A stretch of DNA of 63,756 nt, filler included, from Octopus bimaculoides (GCF_001194135.2; 8 parts of 7 records of this genome joined end to end with filler, not necessarily neighbours in it); one strand, 5' to 3'. Positions 52,605 through 63,756 are shown, numbered from the whole stretch's first letter. Program-made: numbers and translations. Notes: generated from the sequence alone by a model not told the origin.

Positions 52605-54190
52605 CTAGTTAGCAACTTCCTTGTCTAAGATGTTTAGTTCGTCTACTGTCCATGCGATTACCCTTGCTCCATATCTAAGGAGTGAAACCACCCAGGTGTT
52701 GATAACTTCAATCTTATTCCGTCCGTTTAACTTCGACTTAAGGATCAGTCTCAATCTGCGCAAGTACTCCACCTTAAATTTTTCTGTCATTTCTTTCTCC
52801 ATCAGTTTATCCATTTCCAAAATCCCCAAGTACTTAGAACCCGTCTCTTCTATTTGCTTCATAACCTCCCCCGACTGTATCGTTAGCCCGTCCATACATT
52901 TGATTTTGCCTCTCTTCAAGAGCAACACACCACACTTTCTCAGTCTGAACTCCATTCTGATATAAGAACTGAAAGCATACACCGTATCAACGAGGGAACT
53001 GACTTGGGCTTCATCTTTACCATAAAGTTTGAGGTCCTCCATGAATAACAAATGGTTGACTTTTTGTTGGCGGCTTTTGAATACATACTCAGCTTTTGCT
53101 TTCCTCAGAATCAGTGTTAGTGGTGTGAAGTACAGTACAAAGATCAGTAGAGGCAGGCAGTCCCCTTGGAAGATGGTCCTCATGATTATTACTGTCCTTA
53201 AACTTCTTCCGTATGCTGTCAAATGGCAGACAGGATATCGGCCTATAATTGTCTACCGTATTGCCTTTTACGATGTTTTTCAAGCACAACACTGTCCTAC
53301 TCAATGTCACCCATTCTGGTGTTACTTGGTTGGCATTTAACAAGATGCTGAGTTGCACAGCTATTCGTGCATGACATTCACGAAATCTTTTGATCCAGTA
53401 GTCTTGAACTCCATCTGGTCCCGAAGCCTTCCAGTTGCTCATTTTTTTTTTTTTTTTGCTGATTTCCATCACTTCCCTCACAGAAATGACCAGCCCTGCC
53501 TGTTTTGGACAGACTACTGTTTGTTTCAGTTCTTGCAACACTCAGCATCCTTCTTGTGCTTCTTGTCTTTGCTCCAGATCTCACTCCAAAACCTTTGACT
53601 TTCATTGTTATCTGGTATCAATTTTTCATCTGGACACTGTCCATTTATTTCTTTATAGAATCTCTTCTGATCTACTCTGAATATCCTATTCTGGTGGTAA
53701 CCCTTCATTCTTTGGTCGTATCTTACCACCTTTGCTTTCGTTGCAACGAGGCGCTGTTTCAGTTCCTCCATTACCACTTTCAGCCCCTCTCTTTTGATAT
53801 TATACTTCCTTTTCAGCGCCCTGTATTTTTGTTCGCTTTTAAGCTCCCCTTTCTCTTTTCGGTCTAACACAGAAATTTCCTTCGAGAGCATATCTAACTC
53901 TGCCTGTATTCATTTTTTCCACCATGGATCTTTCCGTTTGTTACTCTAATTATATTTCTTTTTCTTGACATCAACACCCACGTTTTCTGCTACAACAAAA
54001 CTTGTTGCTTTAATCAAATTATTTGATTCTGTGATGTTGCTTGTTCTGATGTATTTCAGAATTTCATTGACATGTTTCGTTTCTTGGTTCAATTTCCACC
54101 GATCACCCTTTATAAGGTTGCAAATAATGTCGCTATCCTTCTCCTGTAGTCTTGGTTCAAAACTTACTGAGTTATACTGCGTGGCATAAA
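52605..54190 (-). mobile_element. Decayed R4-clade LINE ORF (RT region)
   Basis: NWKASGPDGVQDYWIKRF..NYRPISCLP; IFQGDCLPLL..NHLLFMEDLKLY..KYLGILE..RRLRLILKSKLNGRNKIEVINTW, across several frameshifts. Confidence 0.88.
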
Positions 54191-55148
54191 GTGTTTTGCT
54201 TGCGTATTAATGTAAAATAGTTTTATCTGGATAGGAGTAGTTGGTACAAAGTGAATGACAGTATATTGTTACTAGAAGTAGAAGAGCTTAAAAGAGATTA
54301 ATTAAAACGTGTAAAACACTGTAGTCGATGGTTCAAGGTCCATTAAAGAAACATTTGACTCATATGCAGCGACAAACGTCTTGTTAATAATCTTCCTGTC
54401 AAATGTGAAGTTGAACTCAATAAAAGAGCAATGCTTTACTGGTGGAAGTTTCCCAATCAGCTGTTGTTCGAAATCAAAAAAAAAAAAAAATCAAAGCCAC
54501 AGTGTCTTATATCGAAGTTGTCAAGACATGTAACCGTAAATGTGTCATGTAAGAAATAAGGTTTCTGATAAATATTATTATTATTATTATTAGAAATCGC
54601 TGAGTAAAAGAAAACGATACAGAAGGGAATCTTTTATAGTAAATTAGAGATGCTTGAGGTAAGAGCAACAGTCAGGATATTCGTAAGTTAGAAAGGTTGT
54701 ACCATTACGCTTTAATGATGCAGTAACCTGTTTCTATACACGTTGATTGAGAGTTGAAAAGTATTACCATTAATGAGTCTAACGCTAGCTCAGGAGTATT
54801 CATTTCTAACGTTGGTGTATGTATTATCGACCCAACACAATGTTTAAATTTTGATGAATGAGAGATTGTAAAAACCTAATAACTCTATGCATAGGAGGTT
54901 TAGAGATTGCTCCCGACAAAAAAAATGCTAGAAATATTTATCATCCATCTAAAAACAAAACTGGAAGTGAAGTGTATAGTGATCCTACTTGCAAGTGTGC
55001 AGTTAAAAATTAGTCTCAATTGAGGTGTACTGGGTAAGAAAAGATATTTCTCAGTTAATTAATAGTTAATAGCAGCATAAAATTATCATAGTTATTACTT
55101 TTCCAAATGAACTAATACATTAAACATATTTTACTTGTCTTCCTAAAG

Positions 55149-55322
55149 CTGAATGCCCAACGTCAGATGGCTACACTTACCAACCAGAACTCAGATTATG
55201 CTTTCGAATAGGTCAAACCAAAATCACATGGAATGAAGCTGCAAACGTTTGCAATAAGGATCGAGGACAACTTATCCACATAAAAAATCTAGAAATAATG
55301 AAGTACCTACTAAACGAATTGA
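55149..55322 (+). CDS. Exon encoding the N-terminal half of a C-type lectin domain
   Basis: Branch-like actaat, acceptor ttttacttgtcttcctaaag, donor TTGA|gtgcgt, 174 nt, phase 1-1, no stop. Translates (A)ECPTSDGYTYQPELRLCFRIGQTKITWNEAANVCNKDRGQLIHIKNLEIMKYLLNEL, matching the CTLD pattern C-P-x(n)-C-[FY]...W-x-[ED]-A-x3-C...L-x2-I. Not in the ORF track because it is under 60 aa. Confidence 0.8.
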
Positions 55323-55799
55323 GTGCGTAACATTTTAATACTGTATTCAAACTCTCCCTCACACATAACAGGCTCTTTCTCTCTCTTTGTCTCTCTGTCT
55401 TTGTTTGTCTCCCCCCCTCTCTCTCTCTCTCTTGCTCTCCCTCACACACACAAACACACGCTCAAACACACACACGCATACACAAGATATATCTAATATT
55501 ATAAACTATAACTGTTTAATAACATTTTGAATTTAAATTTTTTAGTATTTTGCAAATTACCTTCCATTTTTACCTTCAAATTTTTCTCTTTGGACTTTGT
55601 ATTTTGATTGTTTCTCTTACGATGAGAAAATACAGACGTTTTAGAAAAATATCGGGATCTTTTTTAAAACGGGGGCCACATTTTTCATTAATGTTTTACN
55701 NNNNNNNNNNNNNNNNNNNNNNNNNNNNNNNNNNNNNNNNNNNTTAATTAATTAANNNNNNNNNNNNNNNNNNNNNNNNNNNNNNNNNNNNNNNNNNNN

Positions 55800-56157
55800 G
55801 GGGGCTGAGGACGGAACCTTGGTGGACCCCTACCTCTACCCGGAATTCATTGCTGTACTCATTTCCAACCCTCACCTTACTGGCAGCATCTTTGTACATG
55901 GCTCGCACAGCTCTCACTAACCATTCTTCTATCCCAAGTTTCCTCATTGACCACCAGATAAGGGATCGGGGGACCCTGTCAAAGGCTTTCTCCATGTCAA
56001 CGAAAGACAGGTACAGAGGTTTATCCTTAGCTAGGTATTTCTCCTGCAGCTGTCTCACTAGAAATAAGGCATCAGTAGTGCTTTTACCTGGCACAAACCC
56101 AAACTGCATCTCATCTAAATTGATTTGCTCCCTAATTAGTTGGGCTATGACCCTCTG
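55800..56157 (-). mobile_element. RTE-clade LINE RT fragment
   Basis: MQFGFVPGKSTTDALFLVRQLQEKY..FVDMEKAFDRVPR..VGVHQGSVLSP, with the frame open. Confidence 0.9.
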
Positions 56158-56581
56158 GTATAAAGTTGGTAATTTTCTAGCATAGAACTAGTAACAGTTT
56201 AGGGTCGGGTCGTACCTGAGGGGGACAGTATATCATTTCAACACCGACATAAGAACATTAGTGTTTATTTTCTTGAGCAGCTCTAGTCAGAAATAGTATG
56301 GAAGTTAAAGTTGCTAAACAAACGATCATTAGTGATCCACTAATTTAATGGTCCTCATTATTTAGTCTGTAATCACCCATCATCTCTTTACTTGTGGAGG
56401 GTGGGGAGGAAGTAATCATATATTCAGATCTTGAATCATGTACCCTGCATTAACAACAGAAGAGAATTTCTTGGCAGTGAGATTTGGCTGTTACATTGAG
56501 CAGGTTGAGTAATTACTCAGCAGCTGTTTTTTTATTTTTTATAGCTCATTTTCAATAATTATTAACTTTATTGTGAGAATA

Positions 56582-56789
56582 TAGGCGTAGGGGTGGCTGT
56601 GTGGTAAGTAGCTTGCTTACGAACCACATGGTTCCAGGTTCAGTCCCACTGCTGTGGCATCTTGGGCAAGTGTCTTCTACTATAGCCTCGGGCTGACCAA
56701 AGCCTTGNNNNNNNNNNNNNNNNNNNNNNNNNNNNNNNNNNNNNNNNNNNNNNNNNNNNNNNNNNNNNNNNNNNNNNNNNNNNNNNNNN

Positions 56790-56830
<41 letters not shown>

Positions 56831-57030
56831 TTGTGTGTCTGCGTTTGTCCCCCCAACATAGCTTGACAACCGATGCTGGTATGTTTACATCCCCGTAACA
56901 TAGTGGTTCGGCAAAAGAGACTGAGAGAATACTAGGCTTACAAAGAATAAGTCCTGGGGTCGATTTACTTGACTAAAGGCGGTGCTCCATTATGGCCACA
57001 GTCAAATGACTGAAACAAGTAAAAGAGTAA
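56582..57030 (+). mobile_element. SINE family A (contains a gap)
   Basis: Head ggcgtagggtggctgtgtggtaagtagcttgc and tail ..gactgaaacaagtaaaagagtaaagag. Confidence 0.85.
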
Positions 57031-57124
57031 AGAGAATTGTTAAAAGATTTAGATCTAGAAATAAAAAAATGTATATTCATTGTGATAATAAGATTTCTCA
57101 AAATGTATTCTTTTGTATTTTCAG

Positions 57125-57235
57125 TACTTTAGAACAAAGAGCACAACGACTGTTCAGTACGAAAGGACTTCAGTTAGAAGATCTTGATCCATCTTTGTTT
57201 GCTAAATCAAAACCTGGTAAAACTGGTAAAAACAG
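57125..57235 (+). CDS. SF3A3: Internal exon of splicing factor 3A subunit 3 (SF3a60/Prp9)
   Basis: Acceptor ttttgtattttcag, donor AG|gtaagc, 111 nt, phase 2-2. Translates (G)TLEQRAQRLFSTKGLQLEDLDPSLFAKSKPGKTGKN(R), which I recognise as similar to the SF3A3 segment GTLEERAQRLFSTKGKSLESLDTSLFAK. Confidence 0.93.
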
Positions 57236-57564
57236 GTAAGCTTTTGTTGATATTTTTCTTCTATTAGACACCTCATACAAACTTCGGTTCCAATGCAGAA
57301 GTTTATAAAGTCTACCTGTATATTGTACCCATTGTTGTCAGGCATTTAGCTTACCTGAACATAAAGAGTGATGTGTATGAATCCTATAATCTAGTTGTTG
57401 AGGTGTAGAGACATCACTTTAAAACTTTCTCTTCAACAAGTAGTATCTAAGGTAATTAAACAAGTGGATAGTGGAGCTCAGCTTTCTTCAGGCTATATCC
57501 CAAAAAGGATTTATAAGTAATGCAAATGTTTTTTCTACACTAGTTATTGGCATCAGTGCTTGCT

Positions 57565-57840
57565 ACTTGGTAGACGGAAACTGAAAGAAGCCCGTCGTTT
57601 ATATGTATATACATATGTTTGTGTGTCTGTGTTTGTCCCTCCCAACATTGCTTGACAACTGTTGCTGGTGTGTTTACGTCCCCGTAACTTAGCGGTTTGG
57701 CAAAAGAGACCGATAGAATAAGTACTAGGCTTACAAAGAATAAGTCCTGGGGGTCGATTTGCTCGACTAAAGGCGGTGCTCCAGCATGACCACAGTCAAA
57801 TGACTGAAACAAGTAAAAATGTAAAACAGTAAAAGAGTTG
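57565..57840 (+). mobile_element. SINE family A, 5' truncated, intronic
   Basis: ggtagacggaaactgaaagaagcccgtcg..gtttacgtccccgtaacttagcgg..gactgaaacaagtaaaa. Confidence 0.85.
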
Positions 57841-58009
57841 TTATAAAAAATGAAAATAATGAAATTATTGTGTGTAATGCTCAAGTGCATGGCAACTCAT
57901 CAAAGGTGCATGTACAGTACGTAGAATTATGTGCAGAAGTCAGGAAAGTGAACAGTGTATGAGTCATGACATACATGGGTGCATGCGTATGGAGTAGGGG
58001 ATATCAGGT

Positions 58010-58150
58010 GTAGTGTTGGCGAATTTCAGGAAGCATGGAGGTTTTAAAGGATGGAATTTCTTGACAACTAACAACTGATGCAGGTTGTTTGTTCCATGCT
58101 TCAGCAGCTCCGAGTGTGAAAAAATGTTTCTGAAAGTCATAGGAGCTGGA
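58010..58150 (-). mobile_element. CR1-like LINE C-terminal fragment
   Basis: KHFFTLGAAEAWNKQPASVV, resembling the CR1 motif FFxxRVxxxWNxLP. Confidence 0.6.
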
Positions 58151-58621
58151 TTCCATCTTGGTAAATAAAAATGTATTAATTATGTTGAATAGCACTTCTA
58201 AAATTTATTTGTAATATCTCCATTAATAATTATAATAGTTTGGAGATGCATATAACAGTATATCAGGAGTTTTGCAGAAGATCATCTAAATATCTTTTAT
58301 GTAATTTTTAGTCCTAAAAGTGTTCTTTAAATTAATAATTATTCCTTGGATTAACTTTGATGCATTTTTTTTTATTGCTTTTTATCCTAATTTTTAAAAT
58401 ACAATTGGTAAAGACCAGTTGTTTTTTAAAAGTTAGTTATAAATTATATTTGAAAATTAAGGGATGTTGGTATTGTGGACTTAAGTTTACAGTAAAAATT
58501 TTATTTTTTTGATTCTTAACTCTCATTATTTCAGCAAATACTAGCTTAAGACCCATTTATACATGAATCAATTGTGATAAAACTTTGTCATCATCATCAT
58601 CATCATCATCATCATTTACAG

Positions 58622-58660
<39 letters not shown>

Positions 58661-58669
58661 TTCTTGCTA

Positions 58670-59130
58670 TGTTTGTATGGTTAGACATATCTTCCCCAGT
58701 TCAGTGTTTTGCTACTTGCTGCGATCCTTTGTCATCTTTCGGAGGTTTGGCCTCCTGGAAACCGGTTTCCTCGCTATTTCCCAAACTGTTCTCTTTTGCA
58801 GATTCCTTCCACTTCAGCTGTTTGGAACCTCTTTACCCAGCAGTCGTCCTCTATGTGCATCATATATTTGCACTAGCACAATGTCCTCTTTTGTACACTG
58901 AACCTGATTCCTTTTATATCCAGTTAGTTCTCTCGGCTTATTTGTGCTTTGTTGTTGATGCACACAAATATTACACACCCAGTGAAGCATTCTCTCTTAT
59001 CTTCTTTCAGCCTTCATGCATTTTTTTTGCATTTGTTACCTATGTTTTGCTATCATACAACATCACACTTGATAAACAAACATCAAAACAACCTGTTCTT
59101 CACCTGATGAGAAAATCCCTTTGTTACCAA
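58670..59130 (-). mobile_element. Heavily decayed RTE LINE 3' end
   Basis: LVTKGFSHQVKNRLFDVCLSSVMLYDSKT, followed by a stop-riddled continuation. Confidence 0.6.
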
Positions 59131-60282
59131 CAGAAATTATAGCTTCCTAAATGTTTCCCAACCATTATTATCCTGGCTTTCATACTTTTGGAGCCCTCAC
59201 CTTCACTATCGATTAGTTCACCTGGATAAGAGAACCTAACATTTACTTTTATGAAGCCTTCCATGCATATGAAAAATTTTATTTCATTGATAATCTGTTT
59301 ATTATTATCTATTTCTGTGCGTCTCCCACAAAGTTGTTTTCTGTCAGCCCAATTGTGATCGTACCTTTTCTACACTTGTAGTTTATAATGATGCCACATA
59401 TCTTTTCTGTATTTCAAGTACAGTCCTTCCTATTTGACAGTGAAGTTCCGTTTTCTTTCCTGCTATCTTAAAACTTTTGATTTTATTCAGTTATCTTGAG
59501 GCTTCTCAATTCCTTATTTGGAATTTCTCTTCCAAATCTTGGAAAGATTCACTTATGAGAACAAAGTCATTGGCATACAGGAATTGTCACAAACGTCCAG
59601 CCTTACATCCTTCTTTTATGACCTGATGGACTATTAGAAATTAAATAAATAAAGAATTTTGACATGTACAAATATTTATTTCCCCCACTGTATATATATA
59701 TATATATATATATATATNNNNNNNNNNNNNNNNNNNNNNNNNNNNNNNNNNNNNNNNNNNNNNNNNNNNNNNNNNNNNNNNNNNNNNNNNNNNNNNNNNN
59801 NNNNNNNNNNNNNNNNNNNNNNNNNNNNNNNNNNNNNNNNNNNNNNNNNNNNNNNNNNNNNNNNNNNNNNNNNNNNNNNNNNNNNNNNNNNNNNNNNNNN
59901 NNNNNNNNNNNNNNNNNNNNNNNNNNNNNNNNNNNNNNNNNNNNNNNNNNNNNNNNNNNNNNNNNNNNNNNNNNNNNNNNNNNNNNNNNNNNNNNNNNNN
60001 NNNNNNNNNNNNNNNNNNNNNNNNNNNNNNNNNNNNNNNNNNNNNNNNNNNNNNNNNNNNNNNNNNNNNNNNNNNNNNNNNNNNNNNNNNNNNNNNNNNN
60101 NNNNNNNNNNNAAGTAAAAAATGAAAAAAATAATATATAAAAAAAAATAATATATAAAAAAATAAATATACCAATACATTATATTGTCTTTGAGCTTTTA
60201 AAGTTCAATGGTAATTCATGTAGATAATGGTTGGAAAAATAAGGATGCATGAAAATTGAGAGTTGTGTTAGGTTTAAAAAAA

Positions 60283-60512
60283 AGAGAAAAGGGGTTAAAA
60301 GTTTGTGTTAAACAGGAAGTGTGTGTAAGGGGAGACAAATCTTTTTAGTTGGAGTTATGGACTCTTTTTCAACAGGAAGTAACAGGCATAAACTTCCTGT
60401 TGAAAAAGAGTTCATAACTCCAACTAAAAAGATTTGTCTCCCCTTACACACACTTCCTGTTTTGACACCACACTTCCTACTTAACTCATAAACTTTTAGT
60501 TCCTTTTCTCCC
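60283..60512. repeat. Fold-back inverted repeat (71-bp core arms, 11-nt loop)
   Basis: 60310-60380 versus 60392-60462 are complementary except for one G.T pair. Looser pairing extends to about 60283 and 60512. Confidence 0.92.
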
Positions 60513-60588
60513 GCTGCACTTAATATGTATGTTACAGTTTATTGACGATATGTCATTGTATTTTTTATGTGATCCTTTTCGCTTTCAG

Positions 60589-60823
60589 AGACATGGAGAG
60601 ACAAAAGGGAATTGCCATACTGGAAGCCCAGTGCTATCGTCTAACTGAGGTGTTGAGTGAGCAGAGACTTGCAACCAGGGAAAATGTACAACGCAAACAG
60701 GCCCGAACTGGTGAAGAACGAGAGGAATCTGATGATGAAAATTATGAAGAGGAAGATTCTGATGATGATGAAGAAGACATTCCTTATAACCCCAAAAATT
60801 TACCTCTTGGTTGGGATGGAAAG
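60589..60823 (+). CDS. SF3A3: Internal exon of splicing factor 3A subunit 3 (SF3a60/Prp9)
   Basis: Acceptor ccttttcgctttcag, donor AAG|gtatgt, 235 nt. Joins the previous exon in frame (AG+A = Arg). Encodes DMERQKGIAILEAQCYRLTEVLSEQRLATRENVQRKQARTGEEREESDDE...IPYNPKNLPLGWDGK, containing the conserved ENVQRKQART and YNPKNLPLGWDGK motifs. Confidence 0.96.
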
Positions 60824-61524
60824 GTATGTTTGTTTGTGTATTCCATTTTCAGGTGAGTGTGTGTTTGTGTGCATAAGAACTTGAATTTTGTCTATTCTGA
60901 AGAGACCTTTAATTTCAGCATCATCATTATCATCACCGCCACCATCATTTAATGTCTGTTGTCCATGCTGGCATAGGTTGGATGGTTTGACCAGGGCTGG
61001 TAAACTGAGGGGCTGCACCAGATGACAGTCTGATTTGGCATGGTTTCTATAACTGGATGCCCTTCCTAACGCCAACCACTCTGAGAGTGTAATGGGTACT
61101 TTTATGTGTAACCAGCACAGGTGTCAGTTACATGATTCCAGTATCTGCCTTGACTATGATTTCACTTGGCTTGATGGGTCTTCTTCTCAAGCACAACATA
61201 TTGCCAAAGGTCTTGGTCATCTGTCATTGCCTCCGTGAGGCCCAATGCTCGAAATGCTTTTTTATGTAACACTGGCACAAAACACAAACCCCTTCAGGTA
61301 GATAGACAAAACACAAATCTCTTCAGGTAGATGGCCCTGCTCGTTCTGTAGAAAAGGCATAGGTAGAAACTCCATAAGATGTACCCAGTGTAAGCTATGG
61401 ACACATAAGAGGTGCAGCAATATCAAAGGAAGGCTAACTAGCAAGATAGTTTTTGTATGTGGCAGATGCTCAAGAGCAATAAACACTGAAAATGTGCAGA
61501 AAACAACCTTTACCACACTCCAGG

Positions 61525-61677
61525 GAGAAAAACTAGAAGTAGTTGATAGCTTCTGCTACCTAGGTGACCAAGTTTGTAGCAGGGAGGGTGCACTGAAAGT
61601 GTAGCTGCTAGAATAAGAATGGCCTGGGCAAAGTTCAGAGAGCTCTTACCTCTGCTGGTGACAAAGGGCCTGTCACT
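61525..61677 (+). mobile_element. RTE LINE RT 3' fragment
   Basis: GEKLEVVDSFCYLGDQ..AARIRMAWAKFRELLPLLVTKGLS. Confidence 0.85.
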
Positions 61678-61778
61678 NNNNNNNNNNNNNNNNNNNNNNN
61701 NNNNNNNNNNNNNNNNNNNNNTTAATTAATTAANNNNNNNNNNNNNNNNNNNNNNNNNNNNNNNNNNNNNNNNNNNNA

Positions 61779-61989
61779 ATTACAGGCACAACAGGAACAG
61801 GAAGTAAGAGTGAGAGAAAGTTGTGGTGAAAGAGTACAGCAGGGTTTGCCACCATCCCCTGCCGGAGCCTCGTGGGGCTTTTAGGTGTTTTCGCTCAATA
61901 AACACTCACAACGCCCGGTCTGGGAATCGAAACCGCAATCCTATGACCGCGTGTCCGCTGCCCTAACCACTGGGCCATTGCGCCTCCAC
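61779..61989 (-). mobile_element. SINE family C 5' half
   Basis: Reverse complement of the head and body of 45441-45835. Confidence 0.88.
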
Positions 61990-63258
61990 TATCCTTTGTG
62001 TTTACCGGATGATTAACAGGAAAAGCGTGACCTCTTAAGACTCTAAAGACCTTGTTTAGTCACGGAAGATTAAGTATTTCCCATTAATCATCCGGTGTGG
62101 AAATATAAACACGAAGGATTACACACTTGTTTGACAGGCAACACGTGAATGAATTCAGTTTCGAATCTCAGGTAGCGCCAATAAATCTCTCCTTATCCTT
62201 TTCTTAAATGGCACGTCAATTTTGAAGGAAGCATGAATCTTCAGACTTTTTTCTTTCTCGAGCGGAGATGGTCTTAGTTGTCATTTTGGTAATTTTGACA
62301 CAACCAGAAGCGGCTGAGATCATTTCTTCAACGAATCCAGAATTGTTGTTGCGTGGGTATTTCATAGACCTGTATTTGTATAAAAGGGAATGAGTGAGAA
62401 ATTTGCAAATAAAATGATAGATAAATAAAAACATACATATGTGAATCCTTATTAATCCATTCTAATCCTTTGTCGCATTTCTAACGAAGCAGTCAACTCG
62501 ATTTTATCTAGAGCCGTCAGATTTTGGATTAATTACAGGGATTTATAAAGGCTGTAAGAAAAATCTTTAGAAATATCGAAAAGCTGATAAAATAAATGAA
62601 GGATAAGGAAAAGCAATGATAAATTTTCTTGGGCATCCGCAAAATAAAGCGTCAAATGCTGAGAATGTTGGGAAGTCTCCGTGTGTGTATGGACATGTTA
62701 AAGACAAACACACTCACACAGAAAAACACACTCGTACATGTAGATTGCATAAGGATTTCGATTGGTATAAATAGATATATTTATATTGGTTTCGAGCTGA
62801 GTACTTTCTTTTAGGTATTGTATTTTTTTTCATCGTTATCTTTTTGCCAAACAGGTAAGTTACAAATCAACACTGGTTGTTCAGTGATGGTGAAATGAAC
62901 ACAAACACACACACATACATATGTATAGACTGAGTCCAGAAACATATATACACATTCATATTCAAACACACGTACACACATTCACACGCACGCACACACT
63001 CACGCACACACGTACACAAACGCACACTGACACAGAAACACTAACAAACACACGCACACTCACACACATACATATGTATAGACTGAGTCCAGAAACATAT
63101 ATACACATTCACTTTCAAACACACGTACACACATTCACACACATTCACCCGCACGCACACACGCATCCACACGCACACTGACACAGAGACATTAACACAC
63201 AGAGACACACACACACACACACAGAGACACATACACACAGAGACACACACACACACAG

Positions 63259-63292
<34 letters not shown>

Positions 63293-63339
63293 ACACACAC
63301 ACACAGACACACACACACACACATATGGATCAAAACAGT

Positions 63340-63465
63340 TTAATTCAAATACGTTGGTACTTATGAGTTTCAAGCGCGATGCTAGTCGTCAGCCATTTTG
63401 AATTCAAAATGGTTGACGACTAGCATCGCGCTTGAAAATCAAGAGTAATAACGAATTTGAATCAA
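63340..63465. repeat. Loopless palindrome
   Basis: 35-bp arms at about 63368-63437, centred on GAA|TTC, with one G.T mismatch. Looser arms extend a further 28 bp each side. Confidence 0.9.
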
Positions 63466-63756
63466 ACGTCCTTGTTTTCGTATACATTCGCTGCTTTCTT
63501 CCAAGGAATCTACTGCTCTGTGCTTAGTTTTTCCTTGGGGCTGGCCAGATTGGAGCAGTCTCTCGCATGACCAGCCTAAACTGCTAATCAAATCTGGAAC
63601 TCAGATGAGGAAAGAAAACTCCGAATGACCCGTCCTTGGATGTTTTGTTGTCCCTTTTTAGTATCACCTAAATGTCTGCATGTTTTGCATTCTTGTCCCA
63701 TTTTTGCATAAGGGAAATAGCCCTGAAACTCGAGTCGCCTTTATATATTTATATTT

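Larger units (their letters stand above)
57236..60588 (+). other. SF3A3: GT-AG intron of SF3A3 (about 3.35 kb including an N gap)
   Basis: Lies between two phase-compatible SF3A3 exons. Contains SINE, CR1 and RTE remnants and a long hairpin. Confidence 0.88.

Noticed and set aside
60542-60856. 104-aa ORF as a stand-alone gene
   Set aside because: It is the SF3A3 exon plus intronic read-through on both sides.
62216-62434. 72-aa minus ORF and a plus-strand signal-peptide-like MVLVVILVILTQPEAA
   Set aside because: No recognisable homology. The two strands give equally plausible readings and the splice context is incomplete.
63598-63640. Hammerhead-like CAGATGAGGA..TCCGAATGACCCGTC
   Set aside because: It has two substitutions in the invariant core (CAGA for CUGA, GAAU for GAAA) and no stem I. 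At best a dead relic.

Overview
Gapped, AT-rich, microsatellite-saturated metazoan DNA. The repeat landscape (tRNA-derived SINEs with internal microsatellites; RTE, R4, CR1 and HERO-like LINE debris) suggests a coleoid cephalopod, probably Octopus; this is inference only. Seven artificial N-TTAATTAATTAA-N linkers split the window into eight segments, so adjacency between segments is not guaranteed to be biological. Almost all supplied ORFs are microsatellite or N artefacts. Credible host coding sequence is limited to two phase-compatible internal exons of splicing factor SF3A3/Prp9 (57125-57235, 60589-60823) and one C-type lectin domain exon (55149-55322) that is too short for the ORF track. 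The rest is transposon-derived: a Ty3/Gypsy integrase region with 3' LTR, a solo LTR, a Merlin-like MITE carrying (TTAGGG)n, pogo, mariner and maT remnants, and several SINE families. The most notable unexplained structures are: (i) a minimal type-I hammerhead ribozyme motif inside a tRNA-headed element; (ii) several short-loop fold-back palindromes, including a 71-bp RNA-perfect stem in the SF3A3 intron; (iii) a frameshifting near-consensus alternative 5' splice site in SF3A3; and (iv) an in-frame UGA in the putative lectin leader exon.
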